Made by a program: the position numbers and the translations under genes. This document shows, piece by piece, positions 38,755 to 51,300 of a stretch of DNA of 64,000 nucleotides. Source of the stretch: Nemertoderma westbladi (taxonomy: Eukaryota; Animalia; Xenacoelomorpha); NCBI GenBank assembly GCA_032718475.1, contig JAUCBJ010009082.1, forward strand, positions 36,815 through 100,814, in the 5' to 3' direction. The notes under the pieces are model-generated. The model made no database searches. It had not been told where the DNA came from and saw nothing but the letters and a program-made list of their open reading frames with translations. Position 1 is the first letter of the stretch. Every line of letters starts with the position of its first letter.

Positions 38755-40268
38755 GTAATTTACGGACATTTTAGACCAACAATCTGAAGGCAAACAGTAA
38801 TTTACGTTTTACTCGAAATGACTTTTTGTGACTTGCGGTGTTTTCACATTGCACGGCAGTGTTGGTCATCACGACATCACCAAAATAGAGGTTATGTTGC
38901 CCTAAAACACCTTATATTTTGCACAGCCTAAACTGTATTCTCTGTGGAACAATTCCAATCCCCTCTCAATACAAACTTGAAATCGCCAATTAAGGACAGT
39001 TATCTATACAGACAGACGTCCTGAAATAAGGATAATTTACTGTTGGAAGTTAGAATACTTTGTGGTAAACACCAGCTGGTTGCTGGTATCGTTGCTGATT
39101 CTAGAATGCAGTTTCTATAACCCCATTACTCACCATCCATCGATTGGTACATTATTACAGTGGCTGTTGACTTCGCCCGATTCATTGCGGGATTTAAAAG
39201 AAACATCCTGTAGGCGAATTTATTTTTAAGCAAAAAAAACCTGAAACATAAGAACAGACTGGGTTAGAATTGACCCCCCTTACCCAAGTTATGGTTACAT
39301 AGCAACACAAACACACCACAGAGTGATGTATTCTGTGTAATAATAATAATATAATAAAATATTATTTATTTACAACCAACCTTTTCTTTTTACTACAACG
39401 TCATCTAGCTGCTCTCTGGGGAAGCCGCGCCGCGCTGTAGACGTTTCCTCCAATCACAAGGCAGTTCCTCGAAGTTTGGGTTTTTGGCGGCCTTTCCGGC
39501 CGCAACTTGTGTCGCTTTCCAACGTTCTATTCTCTCTTCAGTAGTAAATACAGAATCTGGAATCAAAATCGAATGGCTAGAGTTGTTATCTGGTAGCAAT
39601 TACTACTCGAAAACGTGTAAAATATACTTTATTTGACGACCACCTTCTACTTTACACGTCTCAACAATCCGCTTCGAAACTATAAACTAAAACATAATCC
39701 TATAAAGCGTGTTGCAAATAACATAAAGTAACATATCACAACATACAACAGTAAAATATTCCCACTTAACATTACAAAGAAAACATTCCCAAAAAAGCGT
39801 GACGTCAGTTATGGAAGGCACTTTAAAGCCAAAACACAATCGGTTCACATGTAGAGCAGAGCCTCTTACATCTACAATTAACTCTTCCAAAGTTAAGATA
39901 ACATGACTTACCCTCGTCATCACTGGCATTAAATATATCATTGAGCTCTTCCTCTTTAAGTCGTTGCCACTTCTGAACCAAGGCGACGGGCATTTTAGAT
40001 TTAGCCAGTTTATTTATTATGTCTTTATTCTTACTTCTTTTTTTCTTCTTCGCCGATTCTGCGAATATAAATAATTATCGAGGTTTATTGTTTTCTTTTT
40101 TTGTTTAGGTTCTTTTTACCATTTATATTATGGAGAAAACAAATTGCACATAAATACAAACCCGTGATCATCAATGTAGTGATGAACAGCTAGCTGGCGA
40201 GGCATGCCTAAAACTATATTTTAATTTTAGATGAGGTGGGTAAATTTTACTTGAATATAATTACATGT

Positions 40269-41838
40269 AAGGAAGGACCCATATACTTGGCTGCAGGGGT
40301 ATATGGCCTGGCCAGGTAGATGGTGATCTACCAATGGCTGGTCAGGAGTAGAGTGTTCTCATGTCCACTCTGAGTGCACCTCACTGCGACCTGCACCTGG
40401 CAGCAGGGGTACAGGGCATGACCGAGCAGATGAGCTGCACAGCCAATGGTGGGTCATGTGCGTCAGTGTAGATATGGGTGATGGGCCTCATATCTGACTC
40501 CAATGCGACACCCACCCCGTGGAATGGCAAACCAGGGTGTGGTATTTGCCCCGAGAGCTGACTCGGCAAAAAAGCACCCCCCAACCCCCACTATGGATTA
40601 CATTAGTAATGCGGAGGTCCGGCCACTAGAGGCCAGTGGAATTACCGGACACAATTGGCCTCACAGGCGTCAGTTATCTCCTGACCGGCTGCCTGTGTCA
40701 CCCCCTACTGGAGAGAGAGTCCAACAATTCTGTGAGTCCCTTTCCTGATGACCCTGGGTCACCAGGGAGGCCAGATTGTGAGGGGGAGAGGGATTCTGGA
40801 GTTAGAGGCTACTCTCATGTTCCACCACGACCAACAAAGCCATTGGTGAATCTGAGGCAAGTCACTAGACTAGCCTTAGTAAACACCCTAACACTCGGGT
40901 CCCCAATGCGACATTGTGAGCTGACTGCCTTGGCAGATAAGCTTTCTCTTTACGAGTGGGTGTTCAAGAGCACCGAATGCAGACTGGACAGACTAATGAG
41001 GTTCTGATTAAGGACATGTGGGGCGGTTGGCGACTCGCCCTCGCGTCAGCAGATGATAGTGGCAATGGTGGAATTGGTCTATTGATGAATCCAACTACAC
41101 ATGCAGCATTGGACAAAATAGACCGAATCTCTAACCGCATCATCCGTTGCCACTTCTCATGTTCTGGAAGACTGGCTAAGAAGTTTCCTAAGGTGGTTCT
41201 GATTGTGCGCTACTCTCCAACTAGTGTTGCCCCTGTAGATGAGGTGGAAAATTTCTACCACAATCTACAAGCAGCTACTGTTGGAGTGGATCAGCATGCA
41301 TTCTTAACATTCCTGGGAGACTTGAATGCAAGTCTGCATCAATCACCTACATCGCCCTGGGTCTATAGCAATAGCGTTAACCGAAATTCCGTCCATCTTC
41401 AGGATTTTATCTCTGGAAATGGATTGTTTTAAGAAGCGAACTGGAAAGCTATGGACTCATAGTGGACCCAGTGGTCACAAGTCCCAGATAGACCATATTC
41501 TGTTTCGTACGAAATACAGGAGCTCTATACAAGACTGTAATGCATTTACACTTCGACCCTTCTCCAGTGATCACCGCCTTATTGCGGCCAAGGTAATACT
41601 TAGCCTGCGTGCTAGCAGAACAACGAAATATGCCTTGCCGCGGCATGACTGGTCCTCTCTGTTGCAACAGCCAAGTGTGAGATCCAGCTTCACACTACAG
41701 CTGAGCACCAGGTATGAGGTTCTTGCCTCTGAGGCGGCAGATCACTGTGAGGGCTATACTGCCTTCACAGAAGCAGTTAAGTTAGCAGATGCAGAAACAG
41801 TTCCTGTATACCCTCGAAACAGGAAAAGGGCCCCCTGG
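40269..41838 (+). mobile_element. RTE-clade LINE, 5' part (structured 5' UTR + AP-endonuclease, frameshifted)
   Basis: APE motifs VNTLTL, GVQEHR, GGIGLL, YSPTS, GDLNA, SQIDHIL, SDHRL. Probable start ATG at 40593. Preceded by the left copy of a 54-bp TSD (40215-40268). Confidence 0.88.
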
Positions 41839-43409
41839 TGTTACGGTATATGGCGCTGTAGACATTATTAGCCATTATACAGTATAATATATTGGTCCAT
41901 TATGCAGTATAATATATTAGTCCGTTATACTGTACGCAATATTAGTCCGTTGTGCAGCATAATATTTTAGATAAGGCATAATAGCAAGGTGATATTTAGA
42001 TAGGGAAATCAAAACGCCCATATATTTTGAATTCATCCATTTTGTATAGTATGTAGCCCTACCTACGTAATTTTGTATTAAGATATAAGTAGATAGTTCC
42101 AGGGTAGCAAGTTCAGTTGGACCCTGGATATGTGCTTGCTGTTATTAGCTTCAATAGGGCTAGCATACAGGGACGCTATCCTGACCATTCCGCAGCCAGG
42201 GACATGATCCATTACCATATATGGTAATAATTTGAGGGTTGATGATGATCCAAGGTTTTGTCTCTATTTAGTATTAGGGGGCAGGAATTGGGTTAGTTAG
42301 GAAGCCTAGATGTACCCGGGAGGGGCCTGCATACCTCACAGTGAGTGGGTAAGTAAGTAAGTAAGTTGCGAATTATATAATTGCAGATTGTATAATTGCA
42401 AGTCGTGCTATTGTGATCTGTGATTGCTGACGCTGATTGGTGTGTTACTGAAGTGTGCCTATGATTACGAATGCTTAGGTAGGCGCCCCTTTCTCTTTGA
42501 TTGATTTCTATTTCTTAGTTACAACAAATAATTACTGATTAGGTCAAAGTAATACGGCAATTTAGGCTATTACTAGCGAAACCTGTTGTGTAATAAATTA
42601 GAATTACGCATTCTGGAACTCTTAGTAATTAGTACGCTGTTACATATTTGTGACTGTAATTGATTAGTAAAATTAAGAATTAGTACGCAGCATAGCGGAG
42701 AGTAGCTAAGGTAATAATTTAGAGTACCGTAAACTATTCACGCTGAGCGGTTATTTGCATTAGCGGGCAACAAGCTAGATCGCAGTAGTCAGTACGCAAG
42801 ACACTAGTGAATTGCTGGCCTAAAGCCAACTGCAGGCAAGTTTAGACCCAGAGCGGTATCACCTACGAAAGACATTGTACTGTACCAATTTTGATTATTT
42901 AAATATTCTCGCATTCACACATTCCGTTAGGGAACCCCCAGTATTCGCGATTAGAAAAGACGTAAGCATTAGTGTATTTCAATAGTGGTAAAATTAGGCG
43001 TAAGAATACTCTGAGTGCAAAGCCCCTCGCACTCGTCTTAAGTAAGCTTAGGGAGCCGACTCGGGTTTATTGTTTTGGTTATTCCCGCGTGGCTCATAGA
43101 TTCGAACAGTTAGCTCTCTATCGAGCGATCGGTAGAGAAAGGAACAAGCGATTTTGCAGGAGCTGTGTAAATTTAGTAAAATATATTAGCGGACGGCAGA
43201 TTAGCGCCATCCAACGGTAAGTAGCGGTTTTGTATTTAGCAACCTTTACAATTTAGTAATAGCACGCTCCTGATCCCCTTTACTTAACAGTAGAGCAGTC
43301 TTTGTGTCTTATTGGTTAGGCGAGAGCTCATTAGGTTGGCAGAGAGGTATACGGGTATTTGTCTGTTCAACAGTTCTGCTGTTAGTATAGGTGTCGCGGT
43401 TGTTTATCA
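41839..43409 (+). repeat. 5' LTR (1571 bp; lacks ~644 bp present in the 3' LTR)
   Basis: TGTTACGGTATATGG...GTTGTTTATCA; near-identical to the 3' LTR apart from the gap at ~42240. Confidence 0.95.
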
Positions 43410-44611
43410 GTGAGGTATGTTTTTATTGGCTGTTGCTTGCAGCGGTCAATAGTGTATTCTTAGGCTGTTAGTTTAGATTACTGTATTCACTGGTTGCGTA
43501 CGATAGTACAGTAGTACATTAGGCTGATTGCTGTTACTGCGTACGGTAGAAGGACATTTGTTTGCCGTACCACACACACAGTATCAATTAGGCTGTTAGG
43601 TTGGTGTACTGTTTTACTTACTGTACTGCATACAGTGGATGTACGGTAGTGCGTTTTACTAATTGCGAATACAGCAGTTCCTTAGGCCTTAGGGCGAATT
43701 GTAATTAGTAAGTTTTTTGAAATTTTTTAGCTAGGTTTGCGAGAATTCAGTTTCGGTCAAAATTATTTTGTAAAATTCTAGAGTTTGTACCGGTATGTTA
43801 GGTAACCGCTTAGTTATTTTATACCATCTGGAGATACATGGCAAGACGGAACTTCTGAGTTTGGGGTTCGTGTGGGTCTGCGGGTTCGGTTTGCAATCAG
43901 CGAAAAGCCTGAATCTTTGGACGCGGACGTGGAATCTCACAGCAAACAAGGTTAGTTGTTCTGTTGGCACCACTGTGTTTGTGGAAGCAGTAAAAAATTA
44001 TCGGTTGTTTAACTGCGAAGCTGAACTCAATTTATTAGTTAGGATATTTAGGTTTAGCCGGCCATGGTTTTTTGAATCGCTCAAGTTAGAGAGAGAGTTA
44101 GAGAGAGTCGCAACCCGAAGATGTAGCCACGCGCTAGTGGATACATATAATATTTGAAATTAAAATTACGTTGATTAGAGCTATATATGCAAAATTGGAA
44201 TTATTTGGGTGGCAAATTTATTCTGAATATTTTGTATTAGATTCAGAAATTATTTTGTGTCATACCGGTATTTAAATGCTATATAATAGCTATATAATAA
44301 TATTTTTGTTTAAATATTGTGCTAGTATTTGCTATAACTATACCTTATTAAATTCTCAATATTGCATTGCGAATTTATTTGACATTTTGGACCAACTGAT
44401 TATTTGACAAATAATTTGACCGTATTTCGGTTAAATTATAATTATATCTCGAACCTTTGTGAGATATTTTTGCCGGAAGGCAAACATTATTTAGACTAGG
44501 AGTGTCTCAGACAAAGAGGCACTAGAGGACAGCTATGAGACGGCGGCAGGACCGCCGACTGACGATAGCGTAAATATTACTGTTGACGACAATGCCGACT
44601 ATGACGACGCA

Positions 44612-47600
44612 GTGAGCGACGCTGACGTAAGTGAACAGGAGGACGAGACAGTAACTAGTGAGGAAGAGCAAGCAGAGGTAATAGTATTAGGATCCCCTAC
44701 CGCTACTGTAAGGAAGGTCTGTACAGCAGCCCGGACAGAGGTGAGTGAAAGGGAGGGTAGTGTAGCAGAAGCGAGAGCCCGGAGCCCGGTTTCCAGACCT
44801 GAGGGTATGGTAAGTGCCGTGGTCCCAATGGCTGTTAGAAGTACCCGTAGTTCCCAAAATAATCCTTCAAGTCCACCGAGTGTGAGTCAGGTAAGCGAGA
44901 GAGAACTAGACATTGCGATAAAGAAGAAACTTCGCGCGCATGCCGGACATATAACTCGGACGACGGACAAGGTAAGGAAGATGTTAGCTGACTCAGCGAA
45001 CATCGGAAGGGTAGAGTTAGTAGAGATTAGAAGAGGATATAACTCAGCGTTATTCAAGCAGACGGAGGAGCTTGCAGTCCTAGCGAAGGCAGTAGAGTCT
45101 CAGTCGAGCGACGTGGCGACGAGGATTTACGACAGGGTTTTAGCAGCCTTGTTGGAGCACCGCGAGTTATCGGAGCGATTCCGACGAGTTAGGACGGAGA
45201 ACTGGCTGCTATGGGCATCACAAGCGCAGGCGACTCAGGTGAGTGACGCAGAGTTGAGAGACTTAGTGGAGCGGGAAGAGATCCAAGATAAAGAAGAGCG
45301 CCGTTATCAGAGGGAAGTTACTAGCTGGCTGATGCAGAATGGAGTGGTGGTACCAGGCCAGGTGCTACCGACGACGGAGAACATTCAACAGAGGACGTTG
45401 ACTCCACCCGACGACGCATCCAGAGACAGTGGCGATTCCCAGGTTAGTCACGCGCGAGGGAAGGTTATATGTGCTAGATCCCTTGTTTCTCACAACTCGG
45501 CGGAGGAGAGAAGACGCCGACTGGACGAACAACAGGCGGAAGTTTTGCATGCATCGGAAGCACGGAAGGAAGCCGAGCGGGAATGGGAGCGCACACGTAA
45601 GTTAGACGCAAAGTTGCGAGAGTTGGAAGAGAAAGGTAAGCGCGAGCAAGTGGAACGCGAACGCAAGGAACGCGAACTCCAGCTCGAACGCGAACGGAAG
45701 GAACGCGAACTCCAGCTCGAACGCGAACAGAAGGAACGCGAACTGAAGGAACGCGAACTCCAGCTCGAACGCGAACTGAAGGAACGCGAACTCCAGCTCG
45801 AACGCGAACAGAAGGAACGCGAACAAAAGGAATACGAACTTCAACTCGAACACGAGCGCAAAGAACGCGAACTCGAGATCGAGAAGGAGCGACGGGCGTT
45901 GTATGAAGAGAAGGCGCGGGTGGAAGAAGAGAGCGTAGCGAGACGAGCGAGGGAAGAAGAAGAGCGTAAACTGGCGCAGTTGGAAAGTGCGAGATTAAGT
46001 TTAGAGAGCGAAGAACGGACTAGGAAGGCGAACGAAATCGCCGAGAAGGGGATGCGAATGATCTAAGAATGTGGGGCGAGTGTAGGGACAGAGTTGCGAG
46101 AACCGTTCGCACTGCAGAAGGCCGAACAGGAAGCGAGAACTCCGACTATACGCGAGTCGACGACGACCAGAATTCCTATACCCGGTCCAGCTATTACGAG
46201 TACACAGATCGCTAAACCATTCTCTACATATCGCACGCCAGTTGGTATTAGTGCTTCACCTATCGCGCAGAATCCACGGCATCAGAACACTGCACCACTA
46301 TACACCGAACGCGACAACGAAGAATTTAGAGAAGAAACTCCGACGGGCCGAGTATTTGGCGAACCGAACCCGCGGGTTTGGAATACGCGGACGGAGCGCC
46401 GACCCAGTTCGACGGAGAACTTCCGGGTTAAACCGGAAGAGGGATCATATGAGAGACAGCGGATTACTCAGATAGAGCCGACTATACAACAGAACCCTAG
46501 CCAGGAATTTATTACGAGGGATGAGTTGAGTGCTAGTTTAGCGCAAGCTATATCGCCGCACATCCAACCTATAACGGACATGCTTAGCAACCTACGGTTA
46601 AAGGAAGCAGCCCAGGTAAGAAGTAATTCAAATCCTAGCAGGCCTGAGTTAGATAAAGTCCAGCCTAGTCAACGAGTACGCATATCGGAGGAAACTATAC
46701 CACATAGACCTCAGGTAAGGACGCCTGTCCCGAATATTCATAATCCCAATTTCGAAAACTCAGCCGAGAAATTTATACAAGAGGCTTGGGTCAGGGCCTC
46801 GGCGCGCAAACCATCGCGAGCGCTGCGAGCGCTAAGGACTGACACCGAGTCAAGCGATGAAGAGGAAGACATGAGACGTCAGAAGTCCCGAAACTATAAG
46901 GGAAGAAGGACGGACGCGGAGCAGGTAAGTTTGAACCACCGGGAAAGGACCAGACTTAACAACCCTGCGGAACTAAACCATTTGTTAACCCGGAACGACG
47001 CAACCCTTAGGGACATAGGTAAGTTTGCTGCTAGGCAAGGACTGCCGACGCAACAACCCCAAAAGTTTATGGGCAACCATAAGCACTGGAGGACTTTCAA
47101 AACCTATGTCGACGAGCAGCTAACCAACAACACCTTTACTCCCAACGAGAAGTTCAACTATTTGCTTCAGATGCTCCATCGAGAACCTAGAGCCATTGCT
47201 GACAACTTCGTCGGCAATGAAAGAGCATTCGAGTTAGCGATGAAGACGCTTAGTGACATCTACGGGAATAAAGCCAAGATGGCACAGTCGATAGTAGAAG
47301 ACTTGGGTAAGGGCGGAAGGATTACAACTCCGTTAGAGCTGTTGAACTTAGCGAACGCTATTTCGAACGCATTGGACATCTTGAAGACGGTGAATCTACC
47401 TCATCATGGTGACCACGCCGAAGTTTTGAAAAGCGTAATAAGACGTCTAAACATGCGTTATCGACAGAAATGGCGCAAATTAGAGAATAAGTTGGAGGGC
47501 CAAGGTAAAGTGTTGACACTTCAGCATATTCATGACATGATAGCCACAGACGCAGTAGCAGAGATGAAATCAAACTTCTCAGAGGAGAATATGAGAGAGT

Positions 47601-48388
47601 CTAAACCTGTTACCGGTAAGTCTATGGTAAGTTTTGACGATGATAGGACCACTGTGACATTTAACTCAGTAGACAGATATAATTCGAATACCCCAGCCTT
47701 TAGATCAGACTCGCGAGTATGGTCAGGTGAGCGGTTAGATAGACCTAGGTTAAAGCAACAGGAGTTGCCGGATGGATTTGTAGGTTGCCAATACTGTTTA
47801 CTAAAGGAGGTAAGATCTGACGATCATAAGTTAGACAGTTGCAGACGGTTCAAAGAATTAAATTCGGAACAGAGAAGAGTTCAAGTGCGGACGTTGGACA
47901 CCTGTTGGGCATGTCTTGCGCCAGGTCATGTACGGCGGCAGTGCCCGAACAGCAAGGACGGATGCATGGAATGCGGCAGACTACATCACAAGTTGCTACA
48001 TGCGGATTTCCATACCCCAACGGACCGTTACTTACAGCGAAATCCTCACAGGAAGGGGAGCAAAGAACCCGTATCGATAAGGAGGAATACGTATACCGGC
48101 ATCCAGGACGATGGTTACCAACCAGGTTCGTCGGATGAGGATGGCGAGTCGAGCGCAAGAGAGGTGACCTGCCAAGGTTTCACCGCGGATAGTTCATCGA
48201 CCAGCGCGCGGACGTATTTATCATCGGCCACGTCGGAAATATTTAGCGTGATTCTGGTTAAACTTACTGGCGATAAGGGATCGAAGAGAATATATGTGAT
48301 GTTGGACACTGCGTCCACATTATCTTATATCGACGAGGAAGTGGCGAGAGCCGTTTCTAGCTTCCAGGACGCCGAGGAGATCCAATAG
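44612..48388 (+). pseudogene. gag: BEL/Pao gag (coiled-coil, DUF1759-like core, 3 Zn knuckles) and start of protease; in-frame TAA at 46064-46066
   Basis: ORFs 44612-46066 and 46094-48388 share a frame. KFMGNHKHWRTFK...EKFNYL, CQYC..H....C, CWAC...H....C, CMEC...HH.LLH; protease MLDTAS. Confidence 0.85.
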
Positions 48389-48390
48389 AG

Positions 48391-51300
48391 TTGAAGTCTA
48401 TGCATGGGGTAGGAGACCTCAAGGGACACAGAATTTCGGTGGAACTAGACTCCCTACTTCCGAGAGACCAACATACTCGACAAGAACGGAAAGCTTTGCC
48501 ATTGGACGGATTTAAGTGTCTAGCTAGGAAGGGATTCGGCAGGCAGTTAGGTAAGGTGCCACCGATGAGTCCCATAGCACAGGAGTATTTTGACAAGCTC
48601 AGAATACCGAGACATCAGGTAGGTTATAGGAATGTTTCTATGTTAATTGGTGCAGAACAGCTGATCGCACACCAGATATGGGAAACGAGACCAGCTGAGC
48701 TGCATGTCAATGGACCGCATGCCCATGCCCATAGGACTATATTAGGTTGGTATACACGAGTGCCCATGTCTTATGAGTTTACAGGTGGCGACAAGCCAAT
48801 AGACAGATACGACGAATTACAGCCTATAACTCAACCACCATTAGTAGAACCACCAGACATAGACGAGTTTAGGAGAACCTGTATTGACCACTATAGTGAC
48901 TTTAGCGAGTCGGACGAGGAGTTGATTCCCGATAATGTTAGGTTGTCGGAACCGCTTCACAACGACCGGACAGATAGTGAACCCGAGGACTACTGTTATC
49001 AGACCCGTGGGTCTGGTTCAGCGGCCCACGCTACCTATTTGAGTAACGTTTTGACTTATACCGACATAGTGGAGGGTCAAGTGGCTAAATATCGAGACCT
49101 CGACATTTTCCAATACAGTGAGGAGGAATTACAGAAGGAATTGATACGCCAGGACCTCGAGACAGGAGCCAGAACCGTCGAATGGCTGGATAGGGACGCA
49201 ATGGAACCCGGTGGATATGACCTAGCCATGTCTACTGATGAGAAACGGTTGCTGGAGATGATGGAAGATACCATACGTCTACTACCGACTGGACATTTTG
49301 AAGTTGGAATGTTGTGGCGTCGACAACCACCTAAGTTGGAGAACAACTACAACTTAGCCTTGAAAAGATTAAACGGAGTAAGGGCTCGGTTGTTGAAGAA
49401 TCCAGGCATTAGGGAGAAGTATTGCGCCCAGATCAACAACTATTTCGCTAAGGGATTTGCTGGGAAGGTAGAGGACCCTGATTTAGTGACAGACCAGACT
49501 TATTACCTTCCACACCACTATGTGACTCACCCTGACAAGCCAGACAAAGTCCGAGTAGTCAATGACTGCGCAGCAGTCTATAGAGGTATGTCCCTGAATT
49601 CAGAGTTGATGGATGGTCCCAACCTGAATAACTATTTGATTGGAATACTGTTGCGTTTTAGACAGCGGCGATTCGCATTTACTTGTGACATCGAGGCGAT
49701 GTTCCACCAGGTAAGAGCCTGTAAGGCAGACCAGGATAGCCTTCACTTTCTCTGGTATGAGAATGAAGACTTATCCGGCCCAGTGGTTACATACCAGATG
49801 TACGTTAGGATATTTGGCGCCCGCGATAGTCCAAATGGCACGCTGTTTGTTCTAAAGAAAACGGCAACAGCCCAGATTGGTAAGTACCCAGTAGAGGTTA
49901 TCGAGTCCATCTTGAGAAACTTCTACATGGACGACGGATTGGTGTCCAAGGACACGGCGGAACAAGCCATAGAAGTGGCTCACGGCCTGCAAGAGTGCTT
50001 GGCTACAGGGGGTTTTCCTCTAACCAAGTTCACTACGAACTCGGAGGCCCTATTAGAGTCGTTCCCGGTAAAAGATCGCGGGAGCGGAGACATAGAATTG
50101 GGGGTAGAACCAATCCCCATGGCGCGAGTACTGGGACTCGCTTGGAATCCGAATACGGATAAATTCCAGGTAAGAGTTAGATTTGAGCCCAGTAGCCCAG
50201 ACAAAGTTTTGACAAAGAGAATTTGCTTATCGACTCTGAGTAGACTATTTGACCCGATGAACTTTATCAGTCCGGTAATATTACAGGCACGAGCATGCAT
50301 GAGGAAAATTTGGTTGTCCGACGTAGAGTGGGACGAACCAATATCTCCTATACATGCAAAGCAGTGGAGGGAGTGGGAAGCCGAGTTACATCTATTGAAA
50401 AACATAGATGTACCCCGCTCCTACTTTCCGAATCAGCTGGTATTCCCAGCTGATTTAGAGCTGCATCTATTTAGTGACGCAAGTGACACCGGCTTTGGTA
50501 TGGTAGCCTACCTTCGCCGAGAGGTAAGTCAGGACAAATTTGAGACGGCCTTTGTAACTTCTAGATCAAAGACAATGCCGGTCAAATACATGACTGTCCC
50601 TCGTGCAGAGTTACAGGCGGCTGTAGTTTCGGTCGAGGTAAGTAAGCAGATAACAGAGGAATTAGACACGACATTGACCTTATTCTATTGGACGGACGCA
50701 TCCTTGGTGTTAGTATACATTGCGGCCGACAATATTGCACTAAAGACATTTGTGGCCAATAGACGCGCTCAGATCGTCGACTTTTCGACGAAGGAACAAT
50801 GGAGACATTGTCCGGGAGTGTTAAACCCAGCCGACATAACTTCGAGAGGTGCAATGCCGGCGGAATTCTGTCAGGAAGAGTCGCAGGAGTTTTGGTTGCA
50901 TGGACCTGATTTTCTAACGAGGACACAGGAACATTGGCCAGAGCGACTAAAGATAGTGACCAATCCGATGCCTGAAGATGCAGAAGTCAAAGTGGAGAAA
51001 GTCTCTAAGTCAAAGTCTAAAGCCAAACTCAAGTCATTGGAGCGGCCTGAAGAGTCATTGGAGCGGCCTGAAGAGTCATTGGAGCGGCCCGGAGACCTGT
51101 CAGACCAACAGACTTACGTGACTACTAGGTCCAGAAGGGTAAGTTATGACATAAAACCACCCTTACAGACTAAACCAGAGTCACAGTTTGTAAGTGACGG
51201 ACAGAAAATGACCGACAAAATGGATTCTTTGGTTTCCAAACCTGCGGGTTTGGATTCGAAACTTCCATCAATTAGCGGACAACCGTCGCTGGCATTAGAG

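Noticed and set aside
42972-43220. 82-aa ORF duplicated at 57351-57599
   Set aside because: Duplicated only because it lies in the LTRs; GTG start and no domain.
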